In this document: in pieces, positions 9,019 through 19,900 of the stretch
How positions within the stretch are numbered: position 1 is the first letter of the stretch
Layout of the letters: each line of letters begins with the position of its first letter
Virus record (IMG/VR): IMGVR_UViG_3300030101_003608
Location: 32,001-96,000 of that record
Direction: 5' to 3' (one strand)
DNA from: a virus
DNA length: 64,000 nucleotides
The notes under the pieces: generated by a model
Database searches by the model: none
The model's input: the letters and a program-made list of their open reading frames with translations, nothing else
Told to the model about the DNA's origin: nothing
Program-made: the position numbers and the translations under genes

Positions 9019-12000
9019 TTAATCTAATTCTTCTAATATATAACCTCCTTCTATATATTTTTTTACATCTTCTGGAGAAAGATCAGCCTCTACAGAACCT
9101 CCTTGCTTATAAGGTACAATTCGTTTTGTACCTTTTAAAACATCGTCAGGAAGTGTAATTTCCCACCAAGTATTTCCATATTCATCAGTTACTTCTCCAA
9201 CTTTTGCATTAGGATACCTTTTTTTCAAGAACTTTTGTAAGGCTTCGTATCTTTCTACTATTTTATATCTAACAGGATCTAATAATTTCCAATAATCATC
9301 TTTACCTATTTTTTCAGGAGTGTCTTTATATTTCTTTAAATAGTTTGTTATTCTTTTACCTTCACTGTTTAGTGTTTTAATTTTATCAACCTCTTCTTCA
9401 GTAAAATATTTAGACTTAAATGTTTTTATCTTTTTAGTGCCTTCACCTGTAGAAACCTCTTCTGTAACATATTGCCATAAAGGTTCATCACTTGTAGCTA
9501 TATCTACTATTTCATCAACAGTCAGTTTATTTGTTAAACCACCTGGCCACTCATTAAATAAGCCTACTAGGTTTATTTTGTCATCTTCTGTTAAATTTTT
9601 ATTAGAAATAACAGCTCCAGCTTTATTAATATCTATATTATTATGAATTAATGCGCCAAAATTTACAACATCATATCCAGATTTTGGGACCTTGCTTATA
9701 TTCTCTAAGGTATAATCTTTACGAGTATTATTGTAGCTTGAATAGTCTTGTATTCTATTAGCAGTGCTACCTGTTGGAAATCTTACTTTTTCATATTTAC
9801 CTGTACTAGCTGCATAAGCTATAGTTTCTTCAACCATTCGCTCAAAATTATACCTTTGAAACAGTCTAGCATCTGGAGCAACCTCCATTTTTTTCCTAGT
9901 CGCTGCAATTTGATTTGCATTAAAAGATTCAGAAGTAGGGTCAATAGTAAAAAGAGACCTACCTAATGCATCTTCTACACGGTTAATAACTGTCTGTAAG
10001 TCTACATCTTGATACTTTGTTTTCATTCCATCAGGCAGTTGATCCTTAAATGAATCTCGTATATAGTCAATATCCTTTTGTAATTCTTCATACTTTGTCT
10101 TAGCTGCAGCTCTTTCATTTCTGAGCCCAAAATATATATCATCAAGCACATCATTATACTGCTCACTATAATCCCACATAAACCCATATCCTTCCTCACC
10201 TTTTGTTCCTTTTACCCAATAATTTCTTCCAGTACTATCTTTTTCCCGGGTCCAACCATCCTTATTAAGTAGTTCCTCCCTATCAGCTAATCCTGCATCC
10301 GACAGTGGTCCTTGTGGTCCCTTATACATTGCACTAATGTCATTATTAGCTTGCTTCATGATTTCTACAAATTCATTTACGGCTAACTCGTCCCTCAGCC
10401 TTGCTGCTGAAGTTTGTTTTCTACCTCTGGGCTGTTGACTAAACTCAGATTGAATCTGATTTGAGAATAATGTCTTAGGAACATTAGCTCTTTCAAAAGT
10501 ATAAACACGTCCTAATGTCTTATCATCTGCACCATGAGCATCTACTCCAAAAGGAAGTTTGTCTTTATTGTTAAAAACTAACTGTCTAGGATTCTTGGTA
10601 TAATTTTTACCGCTTTTTTCAAGGTTTATATCCCAACCTGTCCAATCATTATTTCTAGGTCTACCAATGCTTCTCTGTATTTTTTTTTCATTAATTGTAA
10701 AAAGCTTCTTCTTATCATCTAATTTTGACTTGAGTATATCATATTTATATTCTTCTGCATATAGTTTTTTTCCTGGATCATTATACTTATCTCGTAAACT
10801 CAACCAAACTGGATCACGCTCAAGTATCTCATCTATATTATTTACGTTCACTCCAGGATTAGTCTCAACAATCTTTCTTTCATAATTCTGTACTTCATAT
10901 TGTATTTCATCTATCTCAGAGTTAAGGTCTTTGATTCTTGATTCTGATTGACCTATTTGATATTCTAAATCTTCAATCTCAGAATTTATCTGGTTAAGAT
11001 CTTCAATATCATAGTTCATCATACCTGGATCATACTCATTATTAGCAACAAAATCACTCATGCCTGTTTTATATCCACCATAGAGAGGGTTTCCAGTTGT
11101 ATGTTGCACTTCTATATTAAGTGGTATAATTGTAGAATTTGCTACATCATTTAATTCATCAAAACTAATTTCTGCAGGTATAGTACCATCATAACGATTT
11201 TCTAATTCCTTTTTTATTCTAGATACTTTTAGTGAAGAAGCAGACTCATCCTTTTCCATTATTTTAAATGCTTTTTCTGTAGATACATTTCCCTCACTAT
11301 TTTTTAAGTCTGCAATTTTTCCATTTTCTTCAAGTGTCTTAAATGATCTTTTTGCTTTAGGTTTAAAGGTTTTTGTAAAATCATCATAAATATATCCATC
11401 TTTTTCCCAGGTTTTCATAAATTGACCCGCATCCTTTGGTGCAACAACACCCGTGTGATAATCAGTATTAAATACTATGGATCCATCAGGATTATTTGTA
11501 GCATGATGCATTGGACTTGCTTCTGTTTTTTGTGCCGGAACTGAAGGTGTCGGCTCTATAATTTTAGCACTAGGTATAACAGGAGAAGTTATGTTAGGAA
11601 CAGATAAAGATTTTGTATTTGATAATAAAGGACCTGGGGCATTAACAACAGTAGACGTACTTTTCATTTGTTGTTGCAAAGGTTTAGTTGCAATAGCCCA
11701 CTGACCTGAACCCGTTGTTCCTTGAACTAAAGGTTTATAATTTGTTAAATTATACTCACTAGCTCCTAATCCAATGTCAATATTCCCTTTATAGTTTTTA
11801 TAACGGAATGTAAATGGAAGATTACTTTTATTTAAAAACTTCATAGAAGAAGTTCCTTTACCTAAACCATGTATATATCTACCTGCCTTAAAAGTGTTAC
11901 TATATAAACCAGTACCTATTGGTAATGTACCCACAAAAAGTCCATCATAAAAACCTTGACCAAGTTCTATATCATCTAAAGTCTTACCTGTAAATGCTAC

Positions 12001-13830
12001 CTCTGTAAGATCTTTAACTCCTTTTCCAAATTCTTTTGCAGTTTTTCCAGGTTCCTCAAATGCTCTAATAATACTTGCTCCACCAATTTCAGGAATCACT
12101 CTAAGTTGAGTTTGCAAAGTTTGACGTTTTTCTTCAGTACCTAAATCAGATAAAAGTTTCCAATAGCCTGGAAACTCTTCTTTAGTTGTAGCAGGATCAA
12201 ACCTTGCCCAGTTATTTTCTTTATAATCATCTGCAAAGTATCTAGTAGCCATAGACTTATCTGAATATCTTCCTTTCTTATTTTTAAGATCTTTTCTTGC
12301 TTGTAGATATTGTTTATACTGTAAGTCCTCATATTCTTTATCCTTATATTCCTTTATGAGACTTTGATATTTATCTATATACTTTTTCCAGTCTTCATCA
12401 TTATAACCCATGGGTAAGTCACCATAACCTCTTAATCCAGCTATAACATGATTCATCATTTCAGCTTGCTCTCTTCTAGCTTTCCATTTTTTAAAAAGAC
12501 CTTTTTTATTCTTTCCTCCTGCAATATCTGAAGTTGGTAGATCCATGAAATATCTCATGTCAGGAGCCTGTTTACCAGATAAGATTGCTTCTTGTTCCTC
12601 ATTTACATTAGGTGTATCAGGATCATCAAAAATATAATTTGGATTTAGAATTTTTTTATAACCGGATGTTGCTAAATTATACTTACCTTCTGGAATGTCT
12701 CTAAAAACATAATCTTTATATACATCATCCATGGTAGCTTTGATAAACTTTTTAAATCTTCGTCTATCTGCCCATGTTTCTTTATCTGGACTTTTAGTTT
12801 GTACTATTTTAGCTGATGTAGGTTGTTGATTTGCAGCTTGAAGGGACTTATAAAATTCTTCTAATCTTTGCTCCATAGTTACTGGTGTACCATCAGGGTT
12901 CCATTCATAGTAGCTACCGGACTCAGCCCAATCATCTAAAAACTTATTAAAAGCTTTTCTTTTATCTCTAGGAACTTGAACACCTGATTGAGCTTGTGGT
13001 AATGCACCTCCTTTATATTTTTTAGGTAATGCTTCTTCTTGTTTTTTTGCAAAATACCTGTTAATCCAATCTACTGTAAACTGATTTCTTCGACCCAAAG
13101 GTTTGCCACCTGAAGTTCTAACATGTTCCTTAAGCATTAAGTCTACATCATTGTTTACTACACCTTTTGCAAAGTTTGGAAATTCTTCTATGCCTCCAGC
13201 TACATTATATTGATAATCAGTTAATATTATTTGTTGAGGAACAGAAAGGTTTTCAAAAGTACCTTTTCCATATGTTTTGTTTATATAGTTAGATGCATAT
13301 TTCTTTTTCTCCTCGAAAATTTTTCTCATCATGGTATTCATTTCTTCAGTAGTTATACCTTTATACCAATCACGTTTCTTGGATAAACCTGACAATTTTA
13401 TTCCAGGTCCTATATCATATCCTCCACCTTCTTCTGGAGCTGGATAAGGTTTCCATAATTCAGTTATAGGGTCCCACCCAACTTTAGCCGCATTTTCTTG
13501 GGAGCGCAGTTGATTAAAATAATCATTATATATTTCTTTTTCTTTAGCAACCTTAGCAGCTTTTATCATTTTACCGAATAAACCAGTTCCTGCTTTTTTT
13601 GCAACCTTTGTTGCAGGTTTTGCTACAGCTTTTTTCTTAGGAATATTTATTACTTGACCTATAGAAAGATTGCCATAACTAATTCCTGGATTTGCAGCTC
13701 TTAACTCAGAAGGATTAAAACCATTATCATATGCTATATCGTCAAAAGTATCTCCAGATTTTACACTATAACTTGTACCTCCTCCATCTTGAAAACGTCT
13801 GGGTAATCCAACTATTTGATACTTCTTCAT
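9019..13830 (-). CDS. Virion-associated peptidoglycan hydrolase/cargo protein, 1603 aa (N-terminal LysM + lysozyme-like domain)
   Basis: LysM: YSVKSGDTFDDIA...LRAANPGI...LSIGQVINIP (~13640-13776); lysozyme-like: LRSQEN...YDIGPG...DYQYNV...FPNF...GRRN (~13085-13510). Confidence 0.75.
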   Translation of the reverse strand: MKKYQIVGLPRRFQDGGGTSYSVKSGDTFDDIAYDNGFNPSELRAANPGISYGNLSIGQVINIPKKKAVAKPATKVAKKAGTGLFGKMIKAAKVAKEKEIYNDYFNQLRSQENAAKVGWDPITELWKPYPAPEEGGGYDIGPGIKLSGLSKKRDWYKGITTEEMNTMMRKIFEEKKKYASNYINKTYGKGTFENLSVPQQIILTDYQYNVAGGIEEFPNFAKGVVNNDVDLMLKEHVRTSGGKPLGRRNQFTVDWINRYFAKKQEEALPKKYKGGALPQAQSGVQVPRDKRKAFNKFLDDWAESGSYYEWNPDGTPVTMEQRLEEFYKSLQAANQQPTSAKIVQTKSPDKETWADRRRFKKFIKATMDDVYKDYVFRDIPEGKYNLATSGYKKILNPNYIFDDPDTPNVNEEQEAILSGKQAPDMRYFMDLPTSDIAGGKNKKGLFKKWKARREQAEMMNHVIAGLRGYGDLPMGYNDEDWKKYIDKYQSLIKEYKDKEYEDLQYKQYLQARKDLKNKKGRYSDKSMATRYFADDYKENNWARFDPATTKEEFPGYWKLLSDLGTEEKRQTLQTQLRVIPEIGGASIIRAFEEPGKTAKEFGKGVKDLTEVAFTGKTLDDIELGQGFYDGLFVGTLPIGTGLYSNTFKAGRYIHGLGKGTSSMKFLNKSNLPFTFRYKNYKGNIDIGLGASEYNLTNYKPLVQGTTGSGQWAIATKPLQQQMKSTSTVVNAPGPLLSNTKSLSVPNITSPVIPSAKIIEPTPSVPAQKTEASPMHHATNNPDGSIVFNTDYHTGVVAPKDAGQFMKTWEKDGYIYDDFTKTFKPKAKRSFKTLEENGKIADLKNSEGNVSTEKAFKIMEKDESASSLKVSRIKKELENRYDGTIPAEISFDELNDVANSTIIPLNIEVQHTTGNPLYGGYKTGMSDFVANNEYDPGMMNYDIEDLNQINSEIEDLEYQIGQSESRIKDLNSEIDEIQYEVQNYERKIVETNPGVNVNNIDEILERDPVWLSLRDKYNDPGKKLYAEEYKYDILKSKLDDKKKLFTINEKKIQRSIGRPRNNDWTGWDINLEKSGKNYTKNPRQLVFNNKDKLPFGVDAHGADDKTLGRVYTFERANVPKTLFSNQIQSEFSQQPRGRKQTSAARLRDELAVNEFVEIMKQANNDISAMYKGPQGPLSDAGLADREELLNKDGWTREKDSTGRNYWVKGTKGEEGYGFMWDYSEQYNDVLDDIYFGLRNERAAAKTKYEELQKDIDYIRDSFKDQLPDGMKTKYQDVDLQTVINRVEDALGRSLFTIDPTSESFNANQIAATRKKMEVAPDARLFQRYNFERMVEETIAYAASTGKYEKVRFPTGSTANRIQDYSSYNNTRKDYTLENISKVPKSGYDVVNFGALIHNNIDINKAGAVISNKNLTEDDKINLVGLFNEWPGGLTNKLTVDEIVDIATSDEPLWQYVTEEVSTGEGTKKIKTFKSKYFTEEEVDKIKTLNSEGKRITNYLKKYKDTPEKIGKDDYWKLLDPVRYKIVERYEALQKFLKKRYPNAKVGEVTDEYGNTWWEITLPDDVLKGTKRIVPYKQGGSVEADLSPEDVKKYIEGGYILEELD

Positions 13831-13831
13831 G

Positions 13832-16800
13832 TTAAATCTCTTTTAATGTATAACCTAATTTTTCTAATTGTTCCTTAGCAGCTTTATCTATATTTACTAT
13901 ATCTCCTAACTCATGATTTACAGAACCGCCTTCCTCTCTTTTTCTTCTTTTTCCTTTGCTTTGTAATCTTCTATTTAAAGTTTTACTCTTATTTTTTTTC
14001 TTTTTTCTTTTTAATCTTCTTAACCTTCTTTTTTCTTGCCTTAGTTCTTTAGGTGTAGACATATCTAAATCATCATCTTCATATTCTATCTCAGATAACT
14101 TTAAGTTAGATTGCGGAATAGGAATAGGTTCAATGTTAAGACTTAAGTCTAAATCATTTAATTGACGCACTGACTCTTTTAATTCATTAGCCGAGTTATT
14201 AAAAGTCTCTTTAGCTTTATAACTAGGTAAATCTTCAGGTTTAGGATTTCTTTTATATTTATCATAATATTTAGCAGCATATATAAAATCTTGTAATGTA
14301 GGATACATGTCTTTATCTACATTTTTGTACGCTTCTTTATATGTTGGTTTTATTTCTTTCTCTATTCTTGTTAAAGTTTTAGTAACAAATTTAGGAGGTG
14401 TGGGTTTTTTATAAAGAGGTCCTAAACTGTAGTCTCCATCATATATATGACTCCAGTATCCTATTGGCTTAACTTTTGCTCCCCATAAACCTGTTCCCTT
14501 TAAACGGTTCCCCATGTTTATAAAATTAAGATATGCATCTATATCTTCTTTTGGAGTATTACCTGGAAAAGCATAATCATATATAAATCCTTTCTTACCT
14601 ATATAATCAGGTGGATCTTCAAGATTAAAAGGGACTTTATTAGAATAAGTTTCATCCATGCTTTTCATTCTCGCCTTAAACATACCCTCATCCATATTTC
14701 CAAGACCAAAGGGAAATCCAGTACTAGCATAAATACTAAGACCATGATTATATGCATCTAAACTATCTTGATAAGCTTGCATTGCTTTTCCATCTTGAGC
14801 TTTAGGAAGTTCTATAGTATTATGAGGACGCTCACCTTTCTTATATCTTACTTTCTTTGTTGAAGCATTTTCAATAAGTTTTCCATTTTTACGTCTAATA
14901 TTTTTATATGATTTAATACTTCCATCTTTATATCTACGTGTAACTTCTCTTTCAGTAAATTTAACTCTAGGTGTATCTTCTGTTTTATAAGTAATATCTT
15001 TAGTTAAGGTTTTACTTACTCCTCTATTTGGTCTATATACATCAACTACTTTTCTTTCTCCAAACTCTGTAGATCCTGAATCTTCTTCATAAACTCTTCT
15101 ATAACCTTTTTTCTTACGTTCACCTTCTTCCATCTCTTCTAGTATATATCCACCTTTTGCGTATTCTGCAGCTTCATCTTTTGTAAGTTCTATATCTAGA
15201 AACATTCCTTCTTTTGCCATTTGCATATCATCCCCTTCTACTTGTGGAGCTTCATTTTTAGATATATTATTTAACATCCACATTATCTCTTCATCACTGT
15301 ATGATTTTTTAAGTTGATCCATAGGATCAAGCCGTTCTCCGTCATAAGGATTTTTTAATCTTTTTAGTTTTTTATAAGCTTTCTTATCTACTTTTTGTGT
15401 AAAAGGATCATATATGCCTGCCTTTTGAGCTACTTGTCTAATCTCCATTAATCTTGCTCTAGTCTCAGTGGGTCTTTCAACATAATTCATTGTCCTTTCC
15501 TTACGTTTTACATAATCAGGATACTTTTTTTTATACCATTGCCATTGTTTTCTAGGAGTATCTACACCTTCAGGAAACCATCCTTCATCTTCAAACTGTT
15601 TTCTTCTTTTATACCAAGCAGGACTTCTATAATATTTCTTAGCCGCAGCTTTATCCATATAAGCTATATCAGAATCAGGAATTAACCTACCAGAATTTTC
15701 TAAAGATATATCTGTAGAATGACTAATCTCATGTATATTGGAATGACCATAATGTTCTAAGTTTTCAGGATTATGACCAACTTGTCCAGAATGTTCAATC
15801 CAAGCAATTGGCTGGTCGGGATCAGGAATTTCTTCATGAGTATCTTGATCATGTATCATTTTCTGTCTATACTTAGGAGCTGGCATATTTGATAAATTAA
15901 ACATTCTTTGTTCAGCTATAGATTGAGCACCCCGCTGAGGAGATACTCTTGGTTTACCATCAGCAACATCTTTTTCAAAATCAGCTTCCATTGATTGCAT
16001 AAGCATTTGCTTATACATAGGAGAATTCATATAATCTCTAAACCATTGTACATCTTTAGGAAAACTTTCATTAGCTTCTTTAATAGCTTTATTGATTTTT
16101 TCTGTTCTTGGATATTTTTCAAAATATTCTTCCTCACTAATGCAGTTTTTAGTTTGATGATCATATATCATACCTTCGTTACATGGTGATGACACTCCTT
16201 TTTTTGTAGCTTCTTTAAAAATACGTTTTCTTCTTTTCTCATCTTCTCTCTTATTATAATCTTCTACATCAAAATATATTTTATTATATTTTGAATGTGG
16301 ATACCAACCTGTCCACTCTCCAAGTCCTCTAAGTATATCCTTACGGTTTTCATCAGCCCAATTTGTTAAACTCTCATTAGCTCCATCCAGCAAATTCTTA
16401 TCAGGCTTAGGCTCTTCAGGTTTTGGAATAGATTGCATATCTATTACACCTGGTATACCAAATTGAGCTTTAGGAAGTTCTCCACCTTCATTTAGCTCTT
16501 CTAAAATATAACCTCCTTTTGCATATTCATCAGCTTCCTTTTCAGTGAGTTCCACGTCTATAAATTCTAAAGATCCTCCAAGATTTCTTTTAGGTAATGT
16601 CTTTATATTACCATTATGAGTTCTAGCATATCTAGCCTTATCAGTTTCCATACTAGGTATTAAAGTTCCTGAATATGTTTTACCCTTAAAGTTCCAAGAT
16701 ACATTCCCACCATTATCATACATTGGTATTTCATAAACAGAATTTCCCGGAAATTGATAATCATAACCAGGCATCATCATTTGTTGATTACCTTCATCAT

Positions 16801-16918
16801 CAATACCTAATACAGGATAGTTTACTCCTTTCATAGTTATGCTTCCCCCTACATTTGGAATTAATGTATTCTCTCCAGGAAACTCCCACTGTCCGTATTT
16901 ACTTTTCTTAAATTTCAT
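13832..16918 (-). CDS. Modular cargo protein, 1028 aa, with a zincin-like (HExxH) metallopeptidase domain
   Basis: HEISH at 15719-15733 with downstream Y..RPTETRAR glutamate motif; internal GGYILEE repeats. Confidence 0.65.
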   Translation of the reverse strand: MKFKKSKYGQWEFPGENTLIPNVGGSITMKGVNYPVLGIDDEGNQQMMMPGYDYQFPGNSVYEIPMYDNGGNVSWNFKGKTYSGTLIPSMETDKARYARTHNGNIKTLPKRNLGGSLEFIDVELTEKEADEYAKGGYILEELNEGGELPKAQFGIPGVIDMQSIPKPEEPKPDKNLLDGANESLTNWADENRKDILRGLGEWTGWYPHSKYNKIYFDVEDYNKREDEKRRKRIFKEATKKGVSSPCNEGMIYDHQTKNCISEEEYFEKYPRTEKINKAIKEANESFPKDVQWFRDYMNSPMYKQMLMQSMEADFEKDVADGKPRVSPQRGAQSIAEQRMFNLSNMPAPKYRQKMIHDQDTHEEIPDPDQPIAWIEHSGQVGHNPENLEHYGHSNIHEISHSTDISLENSGRLIPDSDIAYMDKAAAKKYYRSPAWYKRRKQFEDEGWFPEGVDTPRKQWQWYKKKYPDYVKRKERTMNYVERPTETRARLMEIRQVAQKAGIYDPFTQKVDKKAYKKLKRLKNPYDGERLDPMDQLKKSYSDEEIMWMLNNISKNEAPQVEGDDMQMAKEGMFLDIELTKDEAAEYAKGGYILEEMEEGERKKKGYRRVYEEDSGSTEFGERKVVDVYRPNRGVSKTLTKDITYKTEDTPRVKFTEREVTRRYKDGSIKSYKNIRRKNGKLIENASTKKVRYKKGERPHNTIELPKAQDGKAMQAYQDSLDAYNHGLSIYASTGFPFGLGNMDEGMFKARMKSMDETYSNKVPFNLEDPPDYIGKKGFIYDYAFPGNTPKEDIDAYLNFINMGNRLKGTGLWGAKVKPIGYWSHIYDGDYSLGPLYKKPTPPKFVTKTLTRIEKEIKPTYKEAYKNVDKDMYPTLQDFIYAAKYYDKYKRNPKPEDLPSYKAKETFNNSANELKESVRQLNDLDLSLNIEPIPIPQSNLKLSEIEYEDDDLDMSTPKELRQEKRRLRRLKRKKKKNKSKTLNRRLQSKGKRRKREEGGSVNHELGDIVNIDKAAKEQLEKLGYTLKEI

Positions 16919-19900
16919 TATCTCTGACTTAATTGGGATTTAGTATTTACAATCTTTAGGATCATGTTTGTATTTCGTGAATCATCTCTAATTAACTTAA
17001 CAAAGTTTAAGTAATGTCTAAACTTCTTTCTTTGTAGTAATGGTTTACTATAGTTAAGATTAAAGTCATTTAGATTTTTTACATAACCATTAGGTTCAGT
17101 AATCCATATATTATTTTGAGGATAACTTCCTAAAAGTTCAGTTGTACCTGGAATTAATGGTCCTGTAGGAGGATAATCAGATCCTTGAGGAAACTCTCCT
17201 CTATCTTTAGTAATATCCCAGAACTGATTAAATCTATATTTGTTTTCTTCTTTTGAAAATAATATATCAAATGAAGCAAGGTTAGATCCTAGTTTAGGAT
17301 ATGTTTGAGATAAAGCTACATTATTCTTTGGGAATATATTTAAGTTAAGAATTCCTGAAGCCTGTTCTGAGTTACTAATTATAGCTTTATTAAAATTATA
17401 ATCTAATACATGGAACTGATCGCTACATAGTTGAATATCTTTTCTATAACATTCAAGAACATATTCAATACTTCTCATAGTGGTAACTGTTTGTCCCGTT
17501 GGTACAGGTATCTCTATTTCAAAAGGATATTGCACACCGTAAAAATTACAGTAATCATTACAAGCACTATTATGTTTCCATATACCATCTTTTTTAGTAG
17601 TAAGGAAATGTCCTTTACTTGGTATGTATAAACCAGGGTTCCAATCATGGAATGAAATCCATAATTTATTTTTAGGATCATAACTTACTGTCCAAGACGC
17701 ATCTTTAAAAAATCTAGAATCTCCTAATGTTATAGTATAATTAACTTGATCTTTTAATTTAAATCTATTTGTACTTGGGTCAAAATCAAGAATTCCTACA
17801 AATTCTTTTTTAACCATGAAGTCTCTTTTAGAAAAGTACAAAACAGAATTTGAGTTATCATAAGTTGCAGAACAGCCTATACCCGCTACAGGATTATTTG
17901 TATGAGGATAATTTGGAAACTCTTCTAAAAGCTTAAATGGTAAAAATTTATCAAACCACCACTTCATTCCAGTTTGAGATATCTCTTCTAGTTTTCCTGT
18001 ATAAGCAAAGATTTTACCTTGCTCTTGTGATATAAAGTATATACCTGCTGGAGTAGATATTACAGAATATATATCTTGGCAAGAACCATATTGATAAGGT
18101 TGATCTGATACTACTACATTTTGAGGCGTAGTAGCAAATAATCCACCATCACCTATAGTAGCTTTAACTCCTAAATAAGTTTCTCTTTGATCTACACCTT
18201 GGAATACCAGAGGACTGTTATTTTTAAATGTAACTAACAAACCTGTTTTACCAAATGTCTTAACGGTATTTAATTCACTTTTAAAATCTACTTTATTCAA
18301 AGCCAAGAACATTAACCATGAATCATAAGCTTCATGCTCTTGTAAAGGTTTTGAATATTGAATTCTATTTGGAAAACTTGTATAACACAGTTCAGCTGTT
18401 TCTGGATCATAATTAGTTCCTTGTAAAGCTCCATTATTGTAGTACTGACTAAATAAGAATCTTGACGCACTTAAAGAATAATCATATCTAAAAAAATTAC
18501 CTTTGGTAAATATAGCAGGGTTCTGACTAAACAATTGTTGCAGATCTGTAAACAACCATTTGTTATAAGACTTTTCTTCAGCACTTCTACCTGCAAATCT
18601 CCAGTCTGTAATTACTTCACTTTCTACAAAGAAGTCTTTTATACCACTTACTGATGTATAGAAATATGAATTCTTTACACCTATTAAACCAGGATATCTA
18701 GTAACAAAATTAAATGCTTCATCATAACCAAAAGGTGGAGGAGCGTCTAAGTTGTAATAAGATCTTGGAAATAATCCTTCACCTACACCAGAAGAACCCG
18801 CTTGAAATATATTTAGTAAGTTATCAAAATTTAGATCACTTATATCCCATCTATTGCTGTTAACCATAAATCTAGGTTCAGGAATCATTTGTCTTCTAAA
18901 ATAATTAAACCTAGTATTATCTGGTTTATCATAAAGCCATTCATAGAAGAAAGGCATCATAGTTTTTTCAGTATGTCTTGTGACATAAGTATCTCCTCCA
19001 AAAAATGCAGGAGTGGTTTTTATTTTAGTATGTTCAAAACTTAAACTACCACAAACATTAGGAAGAGAGGATATTTGTATAGTATTAGGATCTGGCAAGT
19101 TTTCTCTAAAATCTATTCTTTGTTCATGAGGAGTTGTCATAACTTGAATGATAGATCCTAGTTGTCTATATAAATTTCTAAATGTATATTTTAAACCTAC
19201 ATAATGACTTGCAATTATTGTTTCAAACTCATTTGATTTATTGTTTTCTCTAAAAGCTTCTCCATCTAAAAATAAATCTTTCCAACCTAAACCTATATCT
19301 TTTTGAACTAAACCTAAAGTCATAGAGGATTGGTCAACACTTTTAATAAACTGAAAGTTTATACCAGCAACACCGGTAGTAAGAAAGTTTGGACCATCTG
19401 GATTTTCATCATCATCTGTAGTTCTAAGTACAACTAATTCAGGTCTTAATAAATTATTTATTCTATAATTTACCTCACCATTATATGTTGAATAAGGAAA
19501 ACTATAATTATAATTTTGAGCTTGATATGTAGGAAACTGAAATACCTGATCTTTTACATATGATCCCACAGGTAATCTAAATCTATTTACATTATCCCAG
19601 TTTTCATTACTGTTTGAAGGGCGAAATTTAGTATACTCACCATGACCAATTCCTTGAAGAGCATACTGCCTAGTTCTAACTATTGAATATAATACATCTA
19701 CAGTATCTTTAGCTCCTTCTGCAAAATAATATACAGACTGACCTAACATAGTGAACCCAGGAATAAGGTTACCTATAGCATTTGCGTTTGTAAAAATTGC
19801 AGGTAATAACTGGTATGCTGTGTAAGTTTTATCATATCCTGGTAATGTTAGTTGACCTGTTGCGCCACTAATTGCATTTGATGCTGCCGTTTGTGCAGTT

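Noticed and set aside
12141-12332. 63-aa minus-strand ORF inside the 1603-aa gene, and the 79-aa ORF at 60457-60696
   Set aside because: Out-of-frame overlaps with well-supported genes; the second also crosses a terminator
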